DNA of 63,950 nt, the filler included. It is 14 parts of 14 records of this genome, joined end to end, with 100 filler letters (N's around TTAATTAATTAA, not from the genome) between each part and the next. Parts side by side here need not be neighbours in the genome. Positions count along the whole stretch, not along the records: positions 18,236 to 24,902 come from SRR7504441_78599; positions 25,003 to 31,315 come from SRR7504441_78600; positions 31,416 to 34,944 come from SRR7504441_78670; positions 35,045 to 41,160 come from SRR7504441_78672; 10 more parts are not named here. One strand, written 5' to 3'. Shown here one piece after another: positions 23,946-35,184 of this stretch; the first letter of the stretch is position 1; every line of letters starts with the position of its first letter. A model generated the notes under the pieces. The model did no database searches, was not told the DNA's origin, and worked only from the letters and a program-made list of their open reading frames with translations. A program made the position numbers and the translations under genes.

Positions 23946-24836
23946 TCACTCCATGTTCGATCGGCCCGTCGACGGACCGGGATCTTGCTTGGTGGGCACC
24001 CCAACAAACTGCGGCTCACTGACAGGCTCTGCTTCTTGATTAGCCGGCACAAAAGACGCATTGTAGTCGGGCGGCTTGTCGACTGTGATTGGCTCGACTC
24101 GAGTGCTCTCCATCATCTGCTGGTCCATGTGGATGCCGCCTGGCGGGACCTGGATGAGTCCGCCGTGCGCGGTGACGGTCTGGACTTGCATCTCGAGGTC
24201 CGGCTCCGGCATCATCGCAAACAGCTCGGGGCTGTGCGCCAGGTCGTGGCCCCACCTGTACTGCACGTAGTAGATCCCGGCCTGCATTGCTCCGAATAGG
24301 ATGTTGATCAGTCCCACCACCAGCGGGACTTGAACCATCTCGGTGGACGGGCTGCCGTCGCTGTTCCGCTTCGGGATACCAGTGAACATCTGTATGCACA
24401 TCATGAGCGCATTGATCCCGCCGCAGATCCCGCAGCCTGCCCCACCTCACACCGACCACCCGGCAGCCACACCCAGGCTCCATCCGTAAAAGCATCCGAG
24501 AAGGTTTCTGTTCTTCTGCTTGGCCCCGAAATATCCGCAGGCCGGCACCAACAGCCCGATGCTAATCGAGAGCACCAGGTTGTACACCGAGCTTTGGTGC
24601 TCGTGCGTCTCGTCAAGGTAGCGCAGCGTCTCCCACCAGATGCAGCGGGAGACGATAACGAAACAGGCCCCGACCAGCGAGATCCTGAGCACTTTGCGCA
24701 CCAGTTCAGCCACCTGCGGTTCCTCTATCCGCAAACCGAAGACCATGGTGTACTCAGGCGGCGCGTTGGCGTCGGCCGGGTCCGGGTGCGTTGAGACCAC
24801 CGCGGCGCTGCCGGCCTCGTACTGAGCTGCCGCCAT
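23946..24836 (-). CDS. Multi-pass (about 4 TM) membrane protein
   Basis: ORFs 24447..24836 and 23946..24404 join through one short GT-AG intron (WSLG|CGICGG); motif LLVPACGYFGAKQKNRNLLGCF. Confidence 0.7.
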
Positions 24837-25002
24837 GAGAGCTCAAGTCCGTTGTTCGAGTTGCTCAAACGGCCGCCAATACACGGATTGCCACATAGCC
24901 AANNNNNNNNNNNNNNNNNNNNNNNNNNNNNNNNNNNNNNNNNNNNTTAATTAATTAANNNNNNNNNNNNNNNNNNNNNNNNNNNNNNNNNNNNNNNNNN
25001 NN

Positions 25003-25947
25003 CTTCTGCCCGAGCTTCCGCCGGGTCTGCCCAAGAACGAGCAGCTCGTCCTCACCGACATCGCCGCCGCCATCCAGGTCGAACAGCTGGTAAACCTTGC
25101 GCAGCTGGGTCTGCCGATGCTCCCGGTTCCTGTTGGCGCCTCCTGGAGGCGTGCTGATTGGGCTTCGCTTGGCTGCATCCTGCTCAGCTATTCTCATGGC
25201 AGTTGATTTGCTGCTTCCCGAGTTCCAGCGGGCCTCCATATCGGAGCTCGCTTTACCGGGCGAAGTGGGCCGATCCTTGGACTGCAGACCCCTCTTTGCT
25301 TTGTCTTCGCGCGCCTTATATTTGGCGTCATCCGAGGTAGATTTGGCTGCTCCGGCACGCTCTTCAGCACCGGCCTTGCCTGCAGCGGCCTTGCGTGCTT
25401 TCTCCTCCCGCGCCGCCCATTTGGCGTCATCGGCAGCCGAAGGCTTGGAGCCGTAGCTGTCGGAGACCATCCCGCGCCTGGAGGTCCCGGCGGCGGTTGA
25501 AGGCCTGCCGCCGCTGACCTTCTTGTTCTGGATCTTCTTGGCGCGGCAGGACCGGGCCACCTCCATGAATTGGGCCACGATGGTGCTGAACTCAGCTGGG
25601 TCCTGCGGGAGCTTCTTGTCGAAGTAGGTGGCGAACTCCATCTCGTCCACTAGCCCGTCCCCGCTCGAGTCAAGGTTCTTCACCAGCCGAGCGTTCTTCT
25701 CGGCGGTCCACTCGCCTGATTTCTGGCCCATGCTCCGGCGCGCCTTCCCCAGCTCCATCAGCTCCGAGGCCGCGATCTCGCCCGAGTCGTCCAGGTCGAA
25801 CTGGGCGAAAACCTTGAGCAGCTCGGCCTGGCGGGTCTTGGGGCTGGCCGGGCCTTTCTTGGTTGCTTTGGGGCTAGGTTTGGCGCTCAAGCTGTCAAAG
25901 AACTTGTCATCGCGCCTGGTGCGCGGCGGCGATCGCGAAGGCGGCAT
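25003..25947 (-). CDS. EF-hand calcium-binding protein with repeated modules, 3'-partial
   Basis: Loops DLDDSGEIAASE, DSSGDGLVDEME and DLDGGGDVGEDE; module LxKVxxxFDLD...LGxxRRxxGQK occurs twice. Confidence 0.8.
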
Positions 25948-26382
25948 ACCCCCCTTCAGACACCCGGAGGATTGGCAGTTGAAACGTCAGTTGCACCTTG
26001 CTCCAGCCTGACTGCGGATCCGGAGCAGTACATGTACCTCAATGCGCGAATGCGCTACCGGGCGAGCCCGTGTACTTAGTGCACATGCCGTCTGTGCAAG
26101 GAGTGAAGAGTCTACTCGTGACCCCCTTCGCCCCCTGGCGGCAACTACCGGTATACCGCACTAGCTTAGGCAGCACTATAGCTAGCTATTGTGCTATGAA
26201 ATAGGGTCTCGTCCTACTAGCAATTTCGCACTCAGCACACCGCCGCTCCCCCAAATACTCATTTCTAGTACAATCATCGCAAAATATTCGTCCACAGAAT
26301 CGGCAATGATGCCGCCGAAACAACAACGTGAACTTCTTTCTGCAGCTAGTACAATCATCGACCTGCAGCCCGACCCACTCTC

Positions 26383-29300
26383 TCAGTAACCCAGCCCATA
26401 GCGCGCCCTCACGTCGTCATCGGCGTCCCAGGGGAAATGAACCACCGGAGAGGCGAGCTGTTTGCAGCGTCTGCATATTTTGAATCCACCACCGTCGACC
26501 AGATGCTGGCGGCAATACGCACGACCGCAGCATTGGCAGTTCAGCCATTTTGTTCCGCCGTCAAAGTTGACGGGGCATGACAGGTGTGAGCATGCCCGTG
26601 GCCTGTGCTCCCACCAGACACTGCAATTTGCCTCGTGGCACCACTCACACACAATTGCGCTATCCTCGCCGTCACTCGAATCTCGGAGAGGCCCCCAGAT
26701 CCCACATGCGCCTGACAAGGTGCTGTTGGACTCGAGCCCTCTGCAGATGTCTTGCAATATGTCCTTGAACTCGGTGAACGAGCACACTGCAGTTGAGTCG
26801 CCCCGAGGCTCGAGTTCCTCCTCGTCCCACTCGACGCCGTAAGTTGCTAACGGCATTGGCCTGCAGACACCTGTCGCGTACAGATGGCTAGGGCGATCGC
26901 ACCTGGAGCAGAGAAAGCCACGCCCAGTCACCCTGTTGACTTTACGCGCACAGCTCTCGCACAGAGCGAAGCAGTTGTGCAGCTCCTCCTCGCTGATAAA
27001 CATTACAGTAGTCAAGTCGTGTATCTCGAACCCGCCCCAACAGGCGTCGTGATATGCCAGAAGATACCGCGTCTCGACTTCATGCGACTGCTCGTCCTCG
27101 CTGCTACTCAGATGCCCTGGATTGCACCATGCGCTCAGCATTTGGCCAATCGGCTATTATCAGACCTTCCAGGCTGCCACAGTCATCGCAATTCCCAAAG
27201 GATTCTCCAAGATCGGGCTCACGGCAAGCACGGACTGCGCACTCGAATGATTGAAGTTTGACAGCTGCCGTGGTTCCCCGCATGAAACCTCCTGCGTCAG
27301 TAGATTCTGCTGCCAGCTCATTGTCCACTTCTCCTAACGCAGAAACCCTCACCCATGATATGTTTTGATCCCAGTGGGTTATCCTGACCTGTCACGACCA
27401 AAGTTGAGCTACAGTCAGACAGCAAGCTAACCTGGCTAGCATCAGTGAAGACAGCAAAATGGTACTTGATGAGTACTTCAATCGCAGGCACCAGGCCATG
27501 GGCCATCGAGTGGAGCTTTCTGGATGGCGTCTCTGCCCAGCGTCCCAGCACAGAGGCTAGGCTGTTGGCCAGCTGGAGAGCTGTAATGGGAGATCGCCGA
27601 GTGACTTGGTGCCAGTGCACAGCAAGTGCCCTGAGCACCGAACAGGAGCACGAGCTGCTGCGCTGCAGAGTCTGGCCAAAGCGGGTTCATGCACTAGTCA
27701 GTGGGGCGGCTCAGACCTTGCAAATATATGAAATCGAACGGCAATTTTCCAAATCTGCTGTTTGACTCTCTGATAGTAGACCATGCGGGATCTCTAGCAG
27801 CCACTGCTTCAGAAACGATGTGACCACCTGTCTGTTCCATCAGCTCCAAGCAGCGTCGCTGAACTGACCGGAATGTCTTCACAGTCAGTGAACTCAGGCA
27901 AGTCGCCTGTAGTGCACAGCGCTTGCATAAACTGGACCACCTGGGCCCACGCACTCGCCTCCATGCAAGCTCATGGGACTAGCCCTGTCGTCGTTGCCCT
28001 CGACAATCCATATGGTCCGACAGGACAACCCATCGGCGCACTCCTCGTCCTCTAACCAGTCTAGGCAGTGCTTGAGCAACATGGGCACACAGCCGTCAGT
28101 CCAGCCTGATGGGTAGTCCCGCTGCATCACAGCCTCCAGCTCCTCACCCAGCACCTGGCCCACAGGCTGGACCCAGCTCCAGACCACAGACCACCTTGTG
28201 CCTCACCAGGCTGGGCGAGTCGTGCTCCTGGCGCTTCTCGATTACTTGCCGTGCATTCGCGATATCCCGCATCAAGGTCGACACATGGCTTCTAAACCTA
28301 CTGTACATGAGCTCTGGATGCTCTGCAGGCACCGGAGTCGGTTGAGCATCACCTGCAGGACCTCCACTCGAGTCTGTTCATACGCATGCTGGAACGGAGG
28401 CTTGTTGTGCTCGTCCAGGAGGAAAAGGCTAGCGCGGTGCTCAAGGAGGATCTTGACAACTTCGGGCTGATTCCCATTAATTGCTGCAACAAGAGGAGTT
28501 CCACCGTGCAGTGACGGCACCTAAGCCAACACATGATACAACCCGGTGCCCTCGGTAGCACCTGGGTCACGTTGACACACCGAGGTGATTGCTCGATCAG
28601 CTTACGCAGCGCGTCGATCTCCCCTGCCTTGGCGCTACTCAGCACGTCCCCGCAGTCTCCCAACTCGGCCTGCAGCGCCAGCACCAGCTCACAGAAGATG
28701 TCAAAGTCGCAGTGGTCGCGGCTTTCGGACAGCTGCAGCGGGGTGAGCCCTTGGGCGTCCTTGCACTGCTGCTGGGCGCCATGTTGAAGCAGCAATCGGA
28801 CCATTTGCAAGTCATGATGCTCCACAGCCAAATGCAGCAGGCTCGAGCCGCCCCGCACCAGCTCGCTTACGCCGCCTGCCCGATCTTCAGCATGGCGCAC
28901 AGCCCGGCTGTCACCAGGATCCCGCCGCAGGGACCGCTCCACCTTGCCCAAGTTGCCTGCAGCCACCGCACCGGCCAACTGGCTCAACTCGAGGCTGTCA
29001 GGGTGGCTGGCGAGGTTGGCCCGGGCTCCTGAGTTCCACACGCCCCTTGCAGTGCAGCTTGCAGGCACCGACAGTGGGTCAAACAGCCTAGCCTCAAACG
29101 CAAACATCTCCTGCAAGCGCCTATCAGCACCGTCCAACTAAGCCGAGGAGCCTCCACGTTGGCGAATAGGTCGGGCAGGAACGCCTTTGAATAAACATTG
29201 TCGTGTCCCATTTGCTCAAAGATCCGCACTCGCTTGCGGCAACCGCCCGCAATATTTGCGAGCTCGACTGCGTGATTATACGGGACCAGTTTGTCTTCAT

Positions 29301-30165
29301 ACCCGTGTATCAGCAGCACAGGGCAGACCACTCTCTGAATCTCACTCGCAGTGTCGAACGCGTTGTGCAGCAGCATCGAGGAAAGGCTGCCCAGGCCCTC
29401 TCCACCGTGGTGCGCCACCAGCTCCTGTATCGACAGGAACGGAGCCACCAGCACCAGCCCCCCCCACTGGCCGGTTCGCAGCCAGGCGCACCGACACCCC
29501 GGTTCCGATCGACCTCCCCATCAGGAGCACCCGGCTGGGAGGCCAACCGAGCTCGTCCACGACGAAACTGCACCCGGCTGGCTGGCCAATCTGGGTCCCG
29601 GGCTACCTGAACACGCTCTCCAGCGCAGCGTTGCACGTCTCCTCGGTTGGCTTTGTTTCTGTGCGGTGCAGCGCCCCGAACCCGGGATACTCGTACACAA
29701 GCACGTGCACCCCGAGCTGAGCTCGCAGCGCCTGAAGGAACGGGTTGGGCTGCCACATGTCCTCCGCATTCTGGTGGCTGTACAGGCTGTCCCCGCCCAG
29801 TTGGCTCACAGCCGGCCGAGGCCGCACATGAGGTAGCGCGAGCCGAGCGGGTAGGGGTAGAGCAGGCACGGGACCCTCCGGTCGACCCAGAAGAACTTGA
29901 CCCCAACCTCCTCGAAGAATATGGGGCTCCAGGAGGCTGGCACCGGCTCAGCAGCTCGGGTGGCAGCCGGGCGCACGCTTATTCGGCCTGGCGTTGGGGC
30001 CGGCTGGGCTGTACGACGGCTGCGGCGGGGAGAACAGCAGATTCTGGCGGGCGTGAGCGGCCGGCGGCGGGGCAGGGCGCGCCTGGGCCAGGCTGCTGAA
30101 GAACCCGCTCATCACGCTCAGGCTGGCAGGCAGGGGTGAGGCCGCAGTCGCCTGAGCCTGCTCAT
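26383..30165 (-). CDS. Multidomain protein: ABHD17-like alpha/beta hydrolase + ankyrin repeats + RhoGAP-like domain + Cys-rich C-terminus
   Basis: LYSHQNAED, YEYPGFG, GRSIG, IHGYED, GHDN; ankyrin LLHLAV and TPLVAA; RhoGAP-like VPMLLKHCLDWLE, VVTSFLKQWLLEIP, AIEVLIKYH. Joined by about 12 short introns; one +1 frameshift in the C8 run at 29458-29465. Start at 30112 or 30165. Confidence 0.65.
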
Positions 30166-30311
30166 CGGCTGGGGCCGGCTGTTGTGTTTCGTTGCGAGCA
30201 CGGCAGCAGCAACTTGCACTGTTCGCAGCAGGCCCCACTGTCCGTTTATTTTTTTATTCGCGGTTTATTTTAATTTAGGATCCGGCCGGAGACCCCGGCT
30301 GCACGGTGGGC

Positions 30312-31315
30312 ATGTCCTTTTGGTACGACCAGTACCAAAGGAGCCAGGCAGTCCGGACCCCGGGCCGGCCGCTCAGCACCGCCCGCGACCAGATCAGCCG
30401 GCTGCCCACTCCGGCCCTCGGATGGGACAGCACGCTCGGCGACTCGCCCGAGCCGCAGCCCCGGCCGCACATGAAGCCGCTGCAGTGCGACACTCGGGCC
30501 ACCAACGTGTTCCGGTGCCGCAGTCGCGCGCTGTCCGGGGTCGGACTGGGCTGGCAGGACGTATATAACCGACGGTGGGATCCCACGGCACAAGCACGAG
30601 ATCGGGAAGACCATGCAGAGCTTCTGCGCCGCCGACTCGGGCGAGATTCAGGTGCTGTCCGCGCCGGTGGCGACCGAGGCTCGGGCAGGACTACGTGCGT
30701 AAGCTGCGGGACTTCCTGGCTCAGCTAGAGAAGCAAGTCAAGGCGGCTATACGAGCCGGTGGCCGGCGAAGCGATGATCACAACAGGGCAGTGTACGATA
30801 GATTTGGTAGGCTGCCGCTCTGGGGAGTGCTGACCGGTGTGCCAGTGGAGTTGACGTCGCTTCCGCCGAGCCGGTTTCGGGCGTTGCTGGCGCAGTACGG
30901 GATCGCGATTTCAGACGAGGAGTTACGCCACCTGTTTCGCCGCTACGGTAGAGGGGCCGCCCCATGCAGAGGAGACCTCGGCACGATGGATTTGGAGGTA
31001 CAGTGGTGCCGGCTGTCGCATTGATTGATGCTGGGCGGCAGCAATTTATACAGCGAATGGTTCGGAATGAGGCTGCGATAGGGAGCTGGGGTGGCGCACA
31101 AAAGGACGACGCTATCCTCTATCCAGGTGCCACAGAGGCCTGACAACATTGATTGACGTGGATGCCTGCTTTTTGCAGGGAACACTCCCATACTCCGTGG
31201 GGAGCTCCCCAGCAATCATAACCTTGCTGGAAATTTACCGGTTACGGTGACCCGCAGTGATTCCTGGCACTGATCGGCAACAGACTCTGCCTCTGCAAGA
31301 CTCCGCCGTTCGGAG
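30312..31315 (+). CDS. Hypothetical EF-hand-like protein, 3'-partial
   Basis: ATG at 30312, spliced; FRALLAQYGIAISDEELRHLFRRYG resembles degenerate EF-hand helices. Confidence 0.5.
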
Positions 31316-31415
31316 NNNNNNNNNNNNNNNNNNNNNNNNNNNNNNNNNNNNNNNNNNNNTTAATTAATTAANNNNNNNNNNNNNNNNNNNNNNNNNNNNN
31401 NNNNNNNNNNNNNNN

Positions 31416-34400
31416 GGCACCTCGGTCTCGGGTGACAACGTGCATATCGTGCTTAGTCCGATGGATGGAGAAGACAGAAGCAAGTCAGAGCCCGAGATAC
31501 TGAGTTGTTGGACTTCGGTCCTGGCCAGTCCTCAGATGTCACAGAGGAGCCACGAGATAATGAGGCTGGAGGCGAGGTCGGACACGTTGCTGAGTATGAG
31601 CAAACGTAGGGAACCAGCTGAGGTGCAGGAGCGCATCGAGCTGTTGCAGTGCAAGGAAGCCATGCATGTTAGCTCTGATCAGGATGGGCGGACTGACATG
31701 TCAAGACAGGAGTCTTTGGAGGGCAGCACCTGGGATCGTCTTGCGGTCCGCCCCGATGATGGCAGCACCAGGGTCCTGATTGTAGGGGCCGGAGTGTATG
31801 GCCTTCCGAATGCCAGCCTTCTTGAAAATGACGACATAGTTATCGTCGACAAGAACCCAGACGTTGGAGGCATATGGAGCACATGTCGATACCCTGGTTT
31901 GCGCTTACACACGTCAACGTCGACCTATACGTTCCCAGGCTTCGACTTTGTTGATGCAGACGTCAGAGCAGATTCATCACAAGTGCATACTTATCTCCGA
32001 CGCTACTTTCAGGCTTTCTGTGGCCACAGTTGCGTGGAACTGCTCCTCAACACAGAGCTCCTTGAGATTCACGAGCTCTCTCCAGACAACCTTCAGTGTA
32101 CCCTACGCCAGGGTCTGCACACTCATCAATCCATGTTCACGCATGTCATCTTGGCCACAGGCTTCAATGTGGCCGGAGTTCCACGAATGCCCTTTCTGGG
32201 ACCAATAGTACCCGGAGTTGTACACAGTTCATTGCTGACAAATGATCTCGTGCTGACTGCGGAGTCAATCATTGTTGTTGGTGCCGGTAAGTCAGCCATG
32301 GATATACTTGTTGATCTAAAGATGCGCCACGGGAAAGATGTTCTGTGGACAGCGAAGAGTTTTCTTTGGTTCATCAACAGGGCAAAGTTCGTTGAAAAGA
32401 GCCTGAACTTCGTCGCTGTCATTTCTGATTACGCCTGCAACAGTGGCTCCAAGGACATCATGCGCGAGGTTATGCTCGACCCAACTGGTCTGGCCGACCC
32501 TGAGCACCTGGACGAGACTCGAGGAGGTGTCATAAGCCCATACGAGAACGCAATTCTGCGACAGATTCGGTGCGTCCGTCACGAACGTATCAGCCTTTCT
32601 GGCAAGTGTGTAGTCATCGACGGAACCAGCCATCCGTTCGATTTGTGTATCTGCTGCACAGGCTTCAACAAGCCATCGATTATGCTCAATGGTAGACCTA
32701 TTCATGAAACACTTGCACCTTGTTTGAATCGAGGCATTCTTGACCCAGCGCATCCAAATATTCTCATTACTGGACTGGTGAGCTTACCTAGTAATGTCCT
32801 CAGCTCGTGGATTACAGCTCACTGGATCAATCAATACATCTGCAATAGCAGATTTCGAGGTGACGTGAACGCAAAGCCATCTAGAACCACGCACGGGTTT
32901 CACTGGTACTGGGGTGTTGACTCCCCTGGAGCATCGTCCTCTTTGCCAAAGTACGGGGACCAGCTGCGGGCTGATGCAAGCTATAATCTCGATATTTTGT
33001 TGGATCTCAAGCCCTTTGATGTGCCGCATCTCGAACATTTGATTTCATACTCTTATGGGCTTGACGACCAAACTGCTGCCTCTATGGATGCATTCGACAG
33101 TGAACTCTACACTCTCACATCTTCCAACTCAGGCGTAGGTGCGCCTGACTCTTTGCTCGAGTCCTCGAGCAAGGTAACAACAGATGCACTGCCTGCGGAG
33201 AGGAATGTGAGCGATACAATATTTGCGCTGGTCAAGGCAAAGATGCCAGACTGCACGGTAGATAACTCGCTGATAGAGGCTGGCTTGAAGTCGCAGGAGG
33301 CGCTTGCCCTAGCTCGAGAGGTGTCGATGGCTCTGGATATCCAGGTGCATGGTGCAGCTTTGGTCACGTATCCATCAGTGCGTCTGTTGGCACAACATCT
33401 CGATGCTGCTAGCGTGTGCTCAGTCAGCCTCAGTGCGGATGGGGATGCGGCCAGAGCGGCCGATGGTAGCTTGAGCAGCATCGTCCCAGTGCAGCCGGAT
33501 ATGCCCATTGTCGTCTCTGGAGTATCATGCACTACAGGAAGTAACTTCTGGGAGTTGCTGTGCAGCGGCGTAGACTACAACGCAGAAGTAGGTACAGCTG
33601 TACCTCGCGTTGACATTGCTGCGCTAGACGGAGGTCGCGTGATGCATTGTCACTTCTTAGATCGAGTGCAAATGTTTGACAATACCTTCTTCAAGATGAG
33701 TTCAGCCGAAGCTCAATGTGTCGACCCCCAGCAGCGTTTGGTTTTGGAGGCGACCTATCGCGTTTTCCTGCAAGCTGGTCAGTCAAGACTGCTGTTGGCT
33801 GGCACCAGAACCGGCGTATTTGCTGGTTCGCAGTCTGATGGCGACTGGGCTATACTGCACCACCAGCAAAAGCAGCTCAACTTGTCTCCGTATATGATCA
33901 ACGCCCTTGGGCCTGCTCCAGTCTCCGCACGTGTGTCTTTTACCTTTGGCCTTATGGGACCCTGCCTTGCTTTGGACACCAGGTGCTCTGCGTCATTGGT
34001 AGCTTGCGAGGTAGCAACTAGGAACATGCCTCCATTTGGTCGGTGCGCTCTCACTCTTGTGATTGGTGTGAACCTTGCCTTATCTGCGGTGTCGTTCCTC
34101 GGCTACGGGGAGTTCCTGGCTCGGGACGGTTTGTGCAAGACATTTGATACCTCGGCTGACGGCCTTGGGCGGGGAGAGGCTGTAAGCGCAGTAGTATTCA
34201 CCACCACGAGCGCAGCAAACTCGGATGTGCGTACAGTCGACCAGGATGGTCCTTCTGGCAGTCCTTCTGATCCCTCCTTGTTGTCGGTTTCAGTACTCGC
34301 TACTGCTACAAATCAGGATGGTCGCAGCGCTTCATTCACAGCACCAAATGGTCTCGCACAGGCTATGTTGTTACAAACGGCAGCACAAGATTGGCCACAG

Positions 34401-34944
34401 CATGGTTTCCATATGCTTGAGACGCATGGAACAGGTACTGCTCTTGGCGACCCGATCGAGATTTGGGCGATCCGAGATGCTCACAAAACAATGAAACGGC
34501 GCGGGCCACTGGTGCTAGGTGCTCTGAAGACACGGACTGCGCACACTGAGCCGGCAGCGGGCCTGGTTGGACTGATCAATAGCGTGATGACTCTCTCTTA
34601 TTCCACTCGAGTACCGAATCTGCATCTTACAATGTTGAACCCCGTCTTAGAAATCGACGGTTTCAACGTCTGTCTTTCATCCCAAGTAAAGGACGTTCCG
34701 AGGCAGCATTCCAAGGCTGTTGGAATCAGCGCATTCGGAATGACAGGTACCAACGCCCACGTGGTGCTGAGATGTAGCGAGCGAATTGTTGACTGTGGCC
34801 TCACAGGCAAGTTAGAGTCGGTGTCGGTGGTCATGTACAGGCATTGTTCGTTTGCTTGGTGGGACCCGGTGGTGAGTGCATGCGAGCCGCAAATCCTCTC
34901 TACGCACAGCGTCAGGGAGCGCTCGTGGCCTTCTGCTTCCTGCA
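31416..34944 (+). CDS. Internal fragment of a modular AT-less type I polyketide synthase: KS C-terminus, flavin monooxygenase, ACP, KS
   Basis: One frame open across the whole contig. FMO motifs GAGVYG, GGIW..RYPG, ATG, VVHSS, GAGKSAMD, CTGF; ACP EAGLKSQ; KS DPQQRL, DTRCSAS, ETHGTGTALGDPIE, AHTEPAAG, SAFGMTGTNAHV. Confidence 0.92.
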
Positions 34945-35044
34945 NNNNNNNNNNNNNNNNNNNNNNNNNNNNNNNNNNNNNNNNNNNNTTAATTAATTAA
35001 NNNNNNNNNNNNNNNNNNNNNNNNNNNNNNNNNNNNNNNNNNNN

Positions 35045-35064
35045 GTTAGTTAGTTAGTTAGTTA
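35045..35064. repeat. (GTTA)5 microsatellite at contig end
   Basis: gttagttagttagttagtta directly after the linker. Confidence 0.8.
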
Positions 35065-35184
35065 CCGAGCTTTGGTATGTTTACATGTAAGTAAAAAAAA
35101 AAGACACTCAATCAATCGGTGTTTGCATGTACATGATTGTATTCTCATAATCATCAATTGTGTACTGTACCACGAAACCTAAAT

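Noticed and set aside
35045-35064. (GTTA)n as a possible telomere repeat
   Set aside because: Only five units and no G-run; better explained as a microsatellite that broke the assembly.
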